Origin: Tubiluchus corallicola
Lineage: Eukaryota > Animalia > Priapulida
NCBI GenBank assembly: GCA_030141605.1
Contig: JAQGDQ010000503.1
Coordinates: forward strand, 96,978-160,977
Length of the DNA: 64,000 nt
Direction: 5' to 3'
Below are positions 13,618-25,749 of this stretch, piece by piece; positions within the stretch are counted from its first letter, which is position 1, and every line of letters begins with the position of its first letter. Position numbers and translations under genes: made by a program. The notes under the pieces are model-generated. The model was not told where the DNA came from and did not search any database. It saw only the letters and a list, made by a program, of their open reading frames with translations.

Positions 13618-14014
13618 TGAAAAACAAGCATTTACTATTAGTAAAAAGAATAAATGACTCAAATAAACTGACAATGAGAATAAACAATTCATGACCTCCA
13701 ACATTAATAGAAAATCCAACTAGAAAATAATCCATATTAAGCACATTAATTAGTTTCAAAATATTTCAAATTACTATTTATTAGGAAACTGACAATTTAA
13801 CTTTTGCTCATTTTTGCAAAAAAATTAAATTACAGTGTGTTTAAACGTAACACCGCTCGCGACAATGCACTGCACCTTTAATATAAAACGTGTCGATGAA
13901 TTATTTTGGGTGCTAAAGTCTTATATGAGAACACAATGTCTCCACCGTTTCTTTCATTCTGCACATTTTGTTGTTACTTTATTATTTTTATACTTTATAT
14001 TTTTTACTCTATTA

Positions 14015-15008
14015 ATCCTATAAAGCCATTCCTTTCTTCCCAATGCCAGTCTCGTCATTTATGTAATACAAAAACTTTGGCATTTACTCATTGTGTAACT
14101 CTATAAAGCCATTCCTTTCGTTGCGATGCCAGTCTCGTCATTTATGTAATACAAAAACTTTGGCATTTACTCATTGTGTAACTCTATAAAGCCATTCCTT
14201 TCTTCGCAATGCCAGTCTCGTCATTCATGTAATACAAAAACTTCGGGCATTTACTCATTGTGTAACTCTATAAAGCCATTCCTTTCGTTGCGATGCCAGT
14301 CTTGTCATTCATGTAATACAAAAACTTTGGCATTTACTCCTTGTGTAACTCTATAAAGCCATTGCTTTCGTTGCGATGTCAGTCTCGTCATTCATGTAAT
14401 ACAAAAACTTCGGGCATTTACTCATTGCGTAACTCTATAAAGCCATTCCTTTCTTCGCAATGCCAGTCTTGTCATTCATGTAATACAAAAACTTTGGCAT
14501 TTACTCATTGCGTAACTCTATAAAGCCATTGCTTTCATTGCGATGCCAGTCTTGTCATTCATGTAATACAAAAACTTTGGCATTTACTCATTGTGTAACT
14601 CTATAAAGCCATTGCTTTCGTTGCGATGCCAGTCTTGTCATTCATGTAATACAAAAACTTTGGCATTTACTCATTGTGTAACTCTATAAAGCCATTGCTT
14701 TCGTTGCGATGCCAGTCTTGTCATTCATGTAATACAAAAACTTTGGCATTTACTCATTGTGTAACTCTATAAAGCCATTGCTTTCGTTGCGATGCCAGTC
14801 TTGTCATTCATGTAATACAAAAACTTTGGCATTTACTCATTGTGTAACTCTATAAAGCCATTGCTTTCATTGCGATGCCAGTCTTGTCATTCATGTAATA
14901 CAAAAACTTTGGCATTTACTCATTGTGTAACTCTATAAAGCCATTCCTTTCATTGCGATGCCAGTCTTGTCATTCATGTAATACGAAAACTTTGGCCTTT
15001 ACTCATTG
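14015..15008. repeat. 83-84-bp tandem repeat, about 12 copies
   Basis: The unit CTATAAAGCCATT(C/G)CTTTC...GCCAGTCT(C/T)GTCATTCATGTAATACAAAAACTTTGGCATTTACTCATTGTGTAACT is repeated head to tail. Confidence 0.95.
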
Positions 15009-15099
15009 TAAGGTGAATAATGCGAACTAAATTTTCATCATGACAACCGTAAATGGATATGAATGACCATATTAATTGTTACCAAAATGTCAGGAGCGG

Positions 15100-15645
15100 A
15101 AAGCAGACTATGTAGACTAGGAGCGGAGCTGGCGGAAGCACCACGCCCTGCTCTAAAGGGTAGCTGGCAAGAACGTAGTGCACGTAGCAATCCGCACGGG
15201 CCCAAAACGAACATTTCCCAGGCCCTGGCATCCTATGTTTATGAGGCGGAAACGAGGCCCGATACCGGGCCTGTCAAAATTTCTACATCTTGCTGCACAC
15301 TAAATGCTGTAAAATAAACTAATTTAATTACATTCTAATTTATTGTAGTAATTTACCTCATCACCCTTGGTGCCACCTGATAATGTTCATCTTTGTTGAA
15401 TTAAAATTACAAAATAGTAGCAAATTAAACTCACATTGGTTTGTGAACCTGTGCCTCCATTACATCCCAGTATGGTGGGCGTACCCTGGCTGGGGGAGCC
15501 AAACCTTGGGCTCTGGCTGTCCCACAAGCCTGCTCGTGCCGTTTGTCTGTGCCGTAGTGGAACGGGCATGCTGCGGTGGTCCGATGCCGATTGTATTGCA
15601 TATTCATGTTGTCAAGACCACCGCAATGAGCAAAGTAGAAGCATC
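15100..15645 (-). pseudogene. Exons of an unknown gene: copy 2 of the RNFDRPGIGP exon plus upstream Cys/His-rich exon(s)
   Basis: Translates as CRNFDRPGIGPRFRLINIGCQGLGNVRFG and CFYFAHCGGLDNMNMQYNRHRTTAACPFHYG. A short GTAAAT...TTTACAG intron lies at about 15307-15356. Confidence 0.5.
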
Positions 15646-18631
15646 TGAAATGCAAAAGTAAAATTTAGGCTTCATTTCACATTTCATTTTCTTCAAACTA
15701 TTTCAGATTTCACCAGCATCCTAGATTTGGCTTTATGAATTCATAAACTTGAATTTATGTCGAATTCAAGAATATTTTTCCTTTTATGTAAGTTTATAGC
15801 CATTTTATTTTACAATATTTAGGCACTTCCTAGCAAACCGAATGACATTTCAATTCCACCCCTATAGCACTGCACGTCTGCTAAATTGAGGCGGAAATTT
15901 ACTTCCCCATATTCCCCAAGGTTGTATTTCGTGTACAGTCTCTTTCGTGTGGATTTTCACTGTCTAGGAAGAAGTTTTATGCTCAACTCAACTGCCGGGC
16001 TGGGGCTGTCTGCCTCTTATATACGTGCACAGCGTGACCGTGGTACCACTCCTTAGCTGGCTTCATCGAGCGAGCATCTTATTAACATAATTATTTAACA
16101 TAATCTCCTGCTCTTAGTCTATAATTTAACAGGTTCTCTTTACTATCACCTTTGACCTTTATGTTCTTTAGTTTTAGTGGAATGTGAATACGGTTGGACC
16201 CGACTTGCTTGTAAAAAAGAATTTAAAATAATTAGCTAAGTATAGAGTAAATCATGGTTGGCCACATCACTGGAACACTCACCTATCCAGGATGTGACCA
16301 GACCTTCTGATTTACATCTTTATTATTAACTCTTGAACGGCATTTGCACTTGTAAATTGTATTTGCCTTTGTATAAAATAGAAGCACTTGTGAGGCAATA
16401 GTGAGAGGTTCACCTGGAGGAACAATGTGATGTTTAAGACATAAGACACCAGAACCTTATTTCACACATGTAACCTTTTACAAGCAAGTAATGGAGAATT
16501 AGACGAAACACTCCTGCTATAGAATGAGCAAAAGTTGCGAAATCTGCCACCTAAAAGTGAGTACTCCCAATAGCGCGACACTTTTGTAAAAAGAGAATGT
16601 CAACTATTGTTGGCAGGCCTCAACAAGAACAGAACCCCAGTCGTAGGTGTAAAAGAGTTTTGAACACTAAATTTGGACTATAATCCTCAATCACAGTTAG
16701 TAAGGCAAAAATAGACCTCCACAACCTGTACTCTTAAACCACTACAACAATTTCAATCGGGGCACGTTATTGTTGGCTTGATAAGGCTTATCCTAGGCCG
16801 AATCTTACAAAAATAATTCCTCAACTCGATCATCTATGATTTAATGTGTTAATTTAAAAGTCGAAGAGCCAGTATTTGTTGAGAAGAAAGCTTTTATTGT
16901 GAAGAATCTGGCGTGTATTTTAAGGCCTGTTTGGGCTTTACGGTGACAAACAAAGTCATCATTTTGCTCAGCATAACTGTTTATTGTTTGTGTACCATTT
17001 TCACGTCACTTGCCCCTTAGTCATTTACTTCATCATATCTGACACTGTGACGCCATTACCCAAAATATTACATTTTATCTGAAACAAGATATATAAATTC
17101 CTTTAATAAACTAACTCATTTCTATCAAAGGGTCGATTACGATTACGTGAAATTAATGAGAAACTTGCAGTAAATAAAATAAATAACTAAATATTACATA
17201 CATTGTTGGCATTAAATCGTGAGTTCACAGAAACACGTCATCACATGAACACATTGAAACTTAAATGACCGGAAATTGACTAGGATGCAAATATTGAGGC
17301 CAGGTGTCGCCACTTGTAACTGTAAAACGCTATATTGAATTTAACAAAACAAAAATCCTTGACAAGGCCTCTGTAAAAGAAGCTTTGGAATGGTACATTG
17401 TGCGACTTACCGCTAACAGAAATCTCTGATATAAATGTAACTCCCCCCCCCCAACACCTAAATTATCAGTAATGAAGGTAGATGTGCTTGATTTGGCATC
17501 AAATAAGATGAATACAGCAAGTTCAACTCTGAGATAAGTAGCGTAGATATGTTTTCGATACTAGAATGAAGCAAAGCGTGCAACGTATTTCTAATAGTTC
17601 CTGGTTAAACGCTGCCTTCTAGTCAAATCTTTCTGTAATGTGTTGTTAGGCAACATGAATATGTATATATATCATTTTTATTCGCACTCGTGGTACAATC
17701 ACATCAAATCAACAAATAGTTCAACATGCAAAATAACATTAATTAATAAGATTAGTAAGCAGTGTGAATATATACAATTAACTGACACAAGTAAAATAAT
17801 TGTTTGTCTATTTGCTGTTTTGCATTGCTAGCTGTATATTGGTGTTTTTGGGATGGCAAAACTATTAAGACTCAAGTTAAGAAACGTTTATTAAACATTT
17901 TAAAAGTAAATATCATAACAGATAGTCATGCCAAGCCCCCTGATCTGATCCGCTCTGATCTGGTCTCTGGTCTGATCTCCTGAGGTGCGGGCATGACAAA
18001 GATTTTCTAGGCTATCAAGCTCCGGAAGCTTCGGGCGCATCGACCGCCTGCGCTAAGTTCGATTCTGAATCACTTGATCACGTGATACCACACCTTAACT
18101 GGTCTTCATGCCAACATTTCATCAGAATTATTGTTTAGCATAATTTAACACTTTTAACACAATTTAACAGCTCTTCTTTACTCTACAGTAAGATATGTTA
18201 GCATGGCGTACAACTCATTCCTGTCAAAAAATCAAAACAATTACATTCCAGAGCCCATGTAACTTCTTTAATGAAATTTACAGTATGTATTTGTTCATCG
18301 CCAGCATTACCTCTTACATCTAATGTACAAGAAAAACTTTAGAAAGAAAATTTTCATTTCTGTAAAAAGTTTTGTACTCATTACAAATAGATAACAAATT
18401 ATAACCCATTATAGAAGAGGTATGAAATTCGTGCAAAGAAATGGCTATATGGTTTTCACTATATAAGCCACTGTGGTAAAATTTACCAAATCGTTTTTAT
18501 AGTTGTTTAAGCAGGGGAACAATATCACATATAAAAAGAAGACAGTATTTGTGTGATCTAAATGGCAAATTCTAAAGTTTTTCAGACTAGATGTCACTAG
18601 TCACTCACTTCTTTCTTTTTCTCCTCTCTAC

Positions 18632-18692
18632 TCTAGTATCACTGTAGTCTAGTATCACTGTAGTCTAGTATCACTGTAGTCTAGTATCACTC
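18632..18692. repeat. 16-bp tandem repeat (CTAGTATCACTGTAGT), about 4 copies
   Basis: Visible directly. Confidence 0.85.
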
Positions 18693-20015
18693 TAAGTGTG
18701 TAGTGATACTAGGCTCAATTGTGTGACACGTAGAGCATTTATATAGGTAGTGTTAACTAATTAAGTGGTCAACAGAAGTCCAATAGGTAATGTTAAAAAT
18801 AACAAAAACTTTATTAAAACTTTTACATTAAAAAGTAAAAAGGTAAAATCATGCCAAACGCCTCGACTAGTATGTCTGCTGAAATTGTGCCATTGGTCAC
18901 GACAACGGTTGACGGTGGCTCCATCAAAACAAAAAAGCATAGGGAAAAAAACGTTAAAAAACTTGTTAACTGAGAGCAGTTCCGAAGATGAAACTGATTA
19001 TTGAATTAGGATAACTCGAACACTTGGTTATTATGCTAGAATAACTCCAAAAGCTCCTAACTAGTACATCAACGTGGAACCGATAAACGTTGATATCCAG
19101 TGAACACTAAGTGAAAATTAAGAGAAATGTAGTTAACATATACAATAAGATTATTCAGATTAATATAATGCACACAAAATCTGTATTCATTGTTCTTTTC
19201 ACATTTTATGCACTCACTTCAAGGCATTAAGATCACACTGCAAAGAAAGAGTGTTTAATGCTGGCAACTGTTGTACTGAGTCACAATCATTTTTTATTTA
19301 TCTAGTTACTATCTGGCATCTCAATATTATTTTGGCATAGATTCTTATCTATCTTAACCTAAGTTATTTTGATTATTTGCATCTCATGATGTCTAGTGAC
19401 CTTTTTATGTCTAGATTTATTTGTTCTTCATTTCTAATTAAATCTACAATTTACTGATTAAAATAAAATACACTTGGTACTTTACACAGAACTCTGCTAG
19501 TTAGTGCATTAACTATTATGTCTTGCCAATGGATGGTTTGCCAATTGTAGCCGATTTGCATAAATGTGTTGCTAAGCAACTTACTTTTTTATCCCTCTGA
19601 AGCAGACATGTACACATTGCAGAAACCGTATACATAGCTGAACAGTCATAATCTATACAGGATAGCTCCCTCAACCTTTATTAATGACTGTGTATCTTGC
19701 ATTCACCGTTGTTGCACTCAGTCAGAATGAGTCATGCTGCGAGGTTTTTGGTAAGCTATTTCGCCTAGCAAAAAATGACACTATGAAGAAAAAGTCAAAA
19801 AAGAAGAAAAAGCAACATTGGCTGATAGGTTTCATTCTTTCTGCGATACAGTGTTAAAGGATCATTATTTTCTTGTTAGCCCCTATTTTTAGAAGAATCT
19901 TTCTAACTTGGAGTTTTTCTTACCTTGACGCCCTGGTTATTACTGAAGTCTGTTATACCAGCAAAGCTTCTTTCGTGGTAACCACGGATTATCGCGTTCA
20001 TGTGGAGTTTCTGTG

Positions 20016-20229
20016 GAAATGGATCTCTGTTATAGTTGGCTTCACGAACAATCCTTTAAAAAGATAAAGCCCTTCCTCCTCAGCTTCAATGTTTGGGAGA
20101 TATACTTCAGCATCAGTGGAGTTCTGGGGAAGGTTTAGTGGTGCTGATGTGCATTTATCTGGGGCGGAGGCAAGAGGGGTGGTCTCTTCCTAATTGTTCG
20201 TGAAGCCAACTATAACAGAGATCCATTTC
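20016..20229. repeat. Local 37-bp perfect inverted repeat with ~140-bp loop (mirrored at about 60573-60787)
   Basis: GAAATGGATCTCTGTTATAGTTGGCTTCACGAACAAT at 20016-20052 and its reverse complement at 20193-20229. Confidence 0.9.
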
Positions 20230-20310
20230 TGCAAGAGTTCAACATAAGTGATAGAGTTATTTTAGTCTTCATTTTTATTTTATTTTTTTATTTTTATTTT
20301 TTTATTTTTT

Positions 20311-21837
20311 TTATAAGTAAGACAACATATTATCAAAGGCACCTGGTCTTTTGAGCGCCATTTGGGTCAGTGTCCTAATGATAGTTCTTCCATATCTATT
20401 GGGCCACTCCTCATTTTGTTCGCTTAAACCATGCCCCACCCATTTGGGTTGGTGACAAATACATTTTGTTTCAAACAGTCTGCATCTTGCACAAAGATTT
20501 CTACAGTATGATCTCCAATTTCTCACATTGTAGTGGAAATTGTGCTTTTTGGACTTCACTAAGACATAAAAAACCCACATAGCCTGAAAATAGGAGTTAG
20601 TCCCTGGATAGAGTAATGATCCGATTCCTTTTAATGCAAACGTCCCCAAGGGGTCAGTTTCATCAAACCAGATTTCTTTGAATCTAACTTCTTCAATCGG
20701 ATCAATGATCCATGTGCTTGATGGTATACATCGGAGGCTGGAGTAAGTTTCAGACAACCTAGAGTGCAATTCCAGCATAACCTCAGTATAGTTGTGAGGT
20801 TCTTTTCCTGCATAATAGAAATTAATGATGTCATTTATTCCTTGGGCGGGTGTGATGTTTACAGTGTCTGCACAGGCTAGCCTATCACAGTAAAAGATAC
20901 ATTCAGTGTTTTCTAGAGAACTTGACCATGGTTTCATTATATAGTATGTGGCATATTGGAATCCTAGTTGAGTTAGTCTAGATATTGTTTTATCTGATAG
21001 ATTTTCTGCAATCAGTTTAAGTAGGACCTTTTTAGGTTTATACTCAAAACAGAGGTCTATTGCAACATCGACAAGATCACAGTAATATGTCGGATTCATG
21101 ACTTCAGCATCAAAAGTCAACACTGAGATTTCACCTCGTCTGAACTGATGTTTTAATGAATTGATTGTCTTTGGGTTAAATAGATCACCGTCAGTAAGGT
21201 TGTTCCTTAGGATCTGTTCCCAGTATTCGACACAATGACGACAAAATGTGTTCAAAGGCTTAGAATTGAAAGTGTCCTCTAAAAGGGACATATTGGTTTC
21301 TACTAAACTATTATAAACTACATACAATGGGTTCATGAGATGCAAAAACCCTGATAAAATTGATCCGTCTCCTTCAGCTAGGCACACAAGACCCCCTGGT
21401 TCGAAGTGAGTACTTCCTAATACTTCTAGAAATTTGTTTATACTAGTGCTGGTTATTCCAAACGGCCTAGCAATGTGGTGTAAATAGTGGCCTTTCCTTC
21501 TGGCTTTTGTGCTTGGTTCCATCCTAGGTAGTCTCACCGTACCCATGGGCGGTCTGATTCTAGATGTTGTTGCTGTTTGCCTGGTCTTGATGTTGATGTT
21601 TTTGATATCTTCAAACTTGTGGGCAACTATGATCCTAGAAGATAGAAACTCAGATAGTGGAGGCAAGTTGATTGTTTCGTTCACTTGGGTGAGTTTAATC
21701 CTACCCCTACTAAGGTGTTTGATTGCTCTTCTCAAATCTGAATAAGTGATATCAGCAGGGATGTAGAGAATTGGTGCTAACTTATTTTCTAAGTATATCC
21801 CTACGCAAGAAGCGTACAATACACACAACCAATACAA
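20311..21837 (-). CDS. Endogenous viral element: C-terminal ~490 aa of a Mononegavirales-like L protein (connector, cap methyltransferase, CTD); 5'-truncated but open
   Basis: K-D-K-E tetrad in order (FGITSTSINK, LTFDAE, VLLKL, KPWSSSLENTECIF) and the SAM-binding motif CLAEGDGS. No introns. The stop codon overlaps TTATAAAAAAAA and is followed by an A-rich tail. The first ~13 codons (TTG start) look host-derived. Confidence 0.85.
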   Translation of the reverse strand: MYWLCVLYASCVGIYLENKLAPILYIPADITYSDLRRAIKHLSRGRIKLTQVNETINLPPLSEFLSSRIIVAHKFEDIKNINIKTRQTATTSRIRPPMGTVRLPRMEPSTKARRKGHYLHHIARPFGITSTSINKFLEVLGSTHFEPGGLVCLAEGDGSILSGFLHLMNPLYVVYNSLVETNMSLLEDTFNSKPLNTFCRHCVEYWEQILRNNLTDGDLFNPKTINSLKHQFRRGEISVLTFDAEVMNPTYYCDLVDVAIDLCFEYKPKKVLLKLIAENLSDKTISRLTQLGFQYATYYIMKPWSSSLENTECIFYCDRLACADTVNITPAQGINDIINFYYAGKEPHNYTEVMLELHSRLSETYSSLRCIPSSTWIIDPIEEVRFKEIWFDETDPLGTFALKGIGSLLYPGTNSYFQAMWVFYVLVKSKKHNFHYNVRNWRSYCRNLCARCRLFETKCICHQPKWVGHGLSEQNEEWPNRYGRTIIRTLTQMALKRPGAFDNMLSYL

Positions 21838-21979
21838 CGAATTATTGAAATTCCGGCAATTCTTAAACTAAGTCCAACTATATTAGTGTCCAATAAAAGG
21901 GCAACAAAACGTTTTATAAAAGTGAACTGCAAACAATTGACACTAAAAAATTGTATCACCTAACATCAATCTATATAAC

Positions 21980-24680
21980 TTACTTGCAGAGAGATACCGC
22001 TTTGCTTAAAACTTGAACGAGCTCGCCAACTCTTCCCAAAGCTGGGTGTTCCCTATAGAGGCTGCTAATGTCCTCCCAACCGAAACCTACATTTGCCTTG
22101 ATGACGGCGAAAAAATGCTTGCACAGCATTCTCGAGTGTTGGAATGAAGGGCAAGAGCAAGAACAGCACTCATCACCATTACCAAATTTTACGGTATAAA
22201 TAGTGGAGGCATCTTGTTCGCTGGAGACATTGAACGTCTTATGTCCAATTACTGTAACTAAGGCTACCTAAGAATATGAAACAGTAAGTACTTAACCTGA
22301 AAATACAAGGCATTATAGCAGCAAATGGTGCCTATTGAAGATTCACTTATATGGAACTACGTTTATTGTATCGCTAACCTGTACAGAAAGCACATTACAT
22401 CAACAACATCATGTATTGCAATATATTGCCGAACACTAAGAAATGTGATGTAATACTTATAAACCGAAATCCATTATTGCTGGTAATTTCTGATTCAAGT
22501 ATACCATACATGTACCTGTGACGGCTTCACTTTCTCCATTTTGTCCCACATATCCTCAAAAATTGTTCTTGGCCTGTTCTGCAGCCAGGATGGGACTTCC
22601 ACAGACCAACTTCTGTACAAGTGAGAGCTCTTCACATTCATCTGCTCATAGCTAGAAAATGTATGAGATCTGAATTAAAAATACAGTTTGCAAATATATT
22701 GGACTGCTCTCCGCTGTCAATGGAGGCAGAACGGATGGCACCGCGGCCTACACCGTGCGGCATGTCTCAACTAACATGTCAATGCCAAACCAAAACCAAA
22801 ATGAATAATAAAATCAAAATGACAATTTATTACAAAAAAATATTCCAAATAGCTTACCGAACAGAGTAGAATAGAGCAAGCCTGAAGTGTGAACAGAGCT
22901 GAGGTGAGACGACCACTGACCAGGATCTACAGCAGACCTACCCTTTTTATAAGCTCAGGTGTGCACGTGACTAGTGGCTCCTACTAACACAAAGTCAGAA
23001 TAAGAGTCGATGTGCTAGTTAAAGCCACGTTCACACGCACACCTGAGAAGTCTGCTGTATTCCCCTGCCAGTATTACACTATCTCATCACAGCCCTGCAG
23101 TACAATATTTTAGATATTTTCTTTACCAATAAATAACATACAACTTTAACCGTTGTAACTTCAGAGAACTACACAAACAAGAATACTTGAGAAACTAGCA
23201 AAAGCTTCTCCAAGCCGAATAACAACCTTATTACAAAATAAACAAATTTAATATCCTGATTTGGTCACCCTGTCTCTCATAAAGGTGCTGCTAATCTGAA
23301 AATCAGGAAATTATGTTAGAAAATAATTTTCCACTTTAATAATCTCAACTGTTTGTTTACAAATGTAACTGTAACTTTCTGTTATTGTTCAATGAAAAAT
23401 AATAACAGATATGGTAGATGAACTTTTGAAAAATAGTACCGCTGGTATTTTGCTGGCAGCAAGTGTGTTATTAGAACATCCAGCAGTTCACTGCCGCCTC
23501 TTGCTGAGAAATCCATATTTCAGATCCTCGTTCATCCTCTCTACACCGTTATTCGTGTTCACAGCCAAGAGGAGTTCTTCTGGCCTAACAGAGCACTGCC
23601 GCCTCTTGCTGAGAAATCCATATTTCAGATCCTCGTTCATTCGCTCTACACCGTTATTGGTGTTCACAGCCAAGAGGAGTTCTTCTGGCCTATAAGCATT
23701 GCTCCATTTCTGAAACGTATTATCTTAACATAGTGGACATGTTAGCTATACTGAACGGTACCGTACAAACAACTTTACGAAAAAAAAGCCTACTTGGTTA
23801 GTAAATTGTGACATTTTACATAAACTGACACAATGCTTATCAGATGGTATTTTGTCAAGTTTTAGAGTTTGCACATTAACATGAACAATTCATTAATTGC
23901 TACCCAATTAAAAGTTTAAAGTTGTTATCCAATTATGGTTTAACCTGTAATATAAAAAATTAATAGAACGTGTAAAACTAATTTATAAATTTAGCTGATT
24001 TAAAAATATCTAATAGGTTAATAACACTCACGTAAATTTCAGTTATACTCACCTTGATTTCTGGCAGCCAGGTTTTACCAAACCAGTGCTGAAGTTTGGA
24101 GCTCTCTTGGTATATCTTGCAGGACTGGAGAGCTCTCAGGGAAGCTTGCAGCTTTGCATCAGAGCTAGCTCTGGCAACTTGTCTTAAGCGGCACTTTATT
24201 TCCTCAACATGTTCTGGATTAGCTGCCACCCCATTTGATCCCTTACTGAGCCATCTTACCCAGGTTTGCTCACGGTGGAAATCACATAAAAATACTTTAA
24301 TGCCTAAAATGCAAGGAACAAAGTTACGCATAGTAAAAGAAGCTGATAATCATGACCACATTAGCATGATTACGTCTTCACCCAACAAAATAATACTCGT
24401 TTTTCAGAAATCTGTACCAATTACATTAACCCCTCCCAAAAACATTTCACTAGTAATGACAGGTTGAGTATTCACTTTTGCACATTGGCACATTTAAGGG
24501 CATGTTCTCACAGGTAAATGTGATCTACATGTAGATATCCTATTGTTTACCTAGAAATGTTTCTTCCAGAGCTAAAGTTTCTTCTGATGCAAAATCCACC
24601 ATTGCAAACTGATGCAAAGGAGTCCAGCTTTTTACAACAGCCAAAGCTTTTGCGATGGTTGTTCTTGTTGCAAATGAAAC
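21980..24680 (-). pseudogene. Intron-containing MULE/Mutator-type transposase with SWIM zinc finger (decayed)
   Basis: Exons encode FAMVDFASEETLALEETF, VFLCDFHREQTWVRW, NTNNGVERMNEDLKYGFL (tandemly duplicated ~105 bp), VPSWLQNRP and the SWIM motif CSCSCPSFQHSRMLCKHFFAV, with GT-AG boundaries. Confidence 0.8.
22700..23104 (-). mobile_element. 405-bp solo LTR (gypsy-like, 4-bp TSD ATAT), copy 1, inside a MULE intron
   Basis: Termini TGTACTGC...GCAGTCCA flanked by ATAT on both sides. The empty site CTAAAATATATTTGC is present at about 58209-58223. It contains CACGTG, TATAAAAAG, TCAGT and a GTAAG donor. Confidence 0.85.
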
Positions 24681-25194
24681 AGTTGAAAGAGCTTATCGTT
24701 TTTGAACTGAAATGAATAATGGCACTAATCAGAGTGTAACTAGCAACACCTTTATACTCGCAACTGCATTTTTCAGCAAATTCTTTATAATTATTGGACT
24801 CATCATCATTGTTCTAAATATGCTTGTTGTCACTGCTATTCTCAAATATAAAAAGTTGCAAACATCGTCGAATTGACTGGTGCTTAATTTGTCAGTGGGT
24901 GATGGATTGTTTGGCAGCATGGCATTGATGCTTGTAGACGGTTCTTGCACATGAATGTTATTTCTGCAAATAAGTGCTTATTTATTGTTATGCAAAAGTT
25001 TTAGTTATGCAAACTAAATTAACGAATGCATCCATAATCGAAAGTAAGTAATGAATCACTAATGCATTTTAGTTTACTGAATAGCGCTCCAAACTGAGTT
25101 TTGCGAAACTCTGTTTCTACTTGTCAGAAAAATTGTCAACTAGTTTACAGCTACAATTTCTTACAATTTTTATTCGTAGCAGCATTCTACACCA

Positions 25195-25749
25195 TTAAAA
25201 TTGTTGTTGAAAGTGACGATAATGTAATTTGCCAAAGATATGCCGAGATGTCACGTGTCTCTTCGAAAAACATAATATATGGTGATCGTCATCATCACTA
25301 TCATCATCTCTCTCGGTCAAGTCAGTCTCGTTGGTAGCCAGCTCCGAATCACAACTCACATACTTCTCGAACGTTGTTTCCGATAAGTTTAGTTCACAGT
25401 GGCGATGAAGTCCCAAATGTTTCTTTCTTGTACAGACATCTCTGCGAGTAAGATATTCCCTCCGCTCGGCAGGCCTTTACACACCGCATTTGCATGTACC
25501 AGATAGTCAGAGCTTTCTCCGGTGGCTCTATATCTGATGTTCGCAATTCCTTCCATTTGTTTGTGACTTGATTTTTTCGTAAGCTTCCTTCAGTTTCTCC
25601 TTAGACGCGAAAATGCTGGATACCGTCTGTTTATTTAGGCCGTATTCTTCATAAATTTTGCTTTGTTTTGCACCAGTCTTGATTTTTTCGATAATCTCGA
25701 TTTTTGTGACGAGCTCAATAGCTTTCCACTTCTGCTTGATACTGCTCAT
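25195..25749 (-). pseudogene. Internally deleted Tigger/pogo (CENP-B-like) transposase
   Basis: MSSIKQKWKAIELVTKIEIIEKIKTGAKQSKIYEEYGLNKQTVSSIFASKEKL is a psq-type HTH. It is followed by a GLPSGGNILL remnant and the C-terminal FEKYVSCDSELAT. The DDE domain is missing. Confidence 0.8.

Noticed and set aside
17930-18070. GC-rich patch with short TCTGATC repeats as a tRNA or SINE
   Set aside because: I could not identify a convincing cloverleaf or A/B boxes by eye.
22621-22869. 82-aa ORF present three times (also 61264..61512 and 63239..63487)
   Set aside because: It starts at a non-ATG codon and is antisense to the MULE exon/LTR junction. Its recurrence only reflects DNA duplication.
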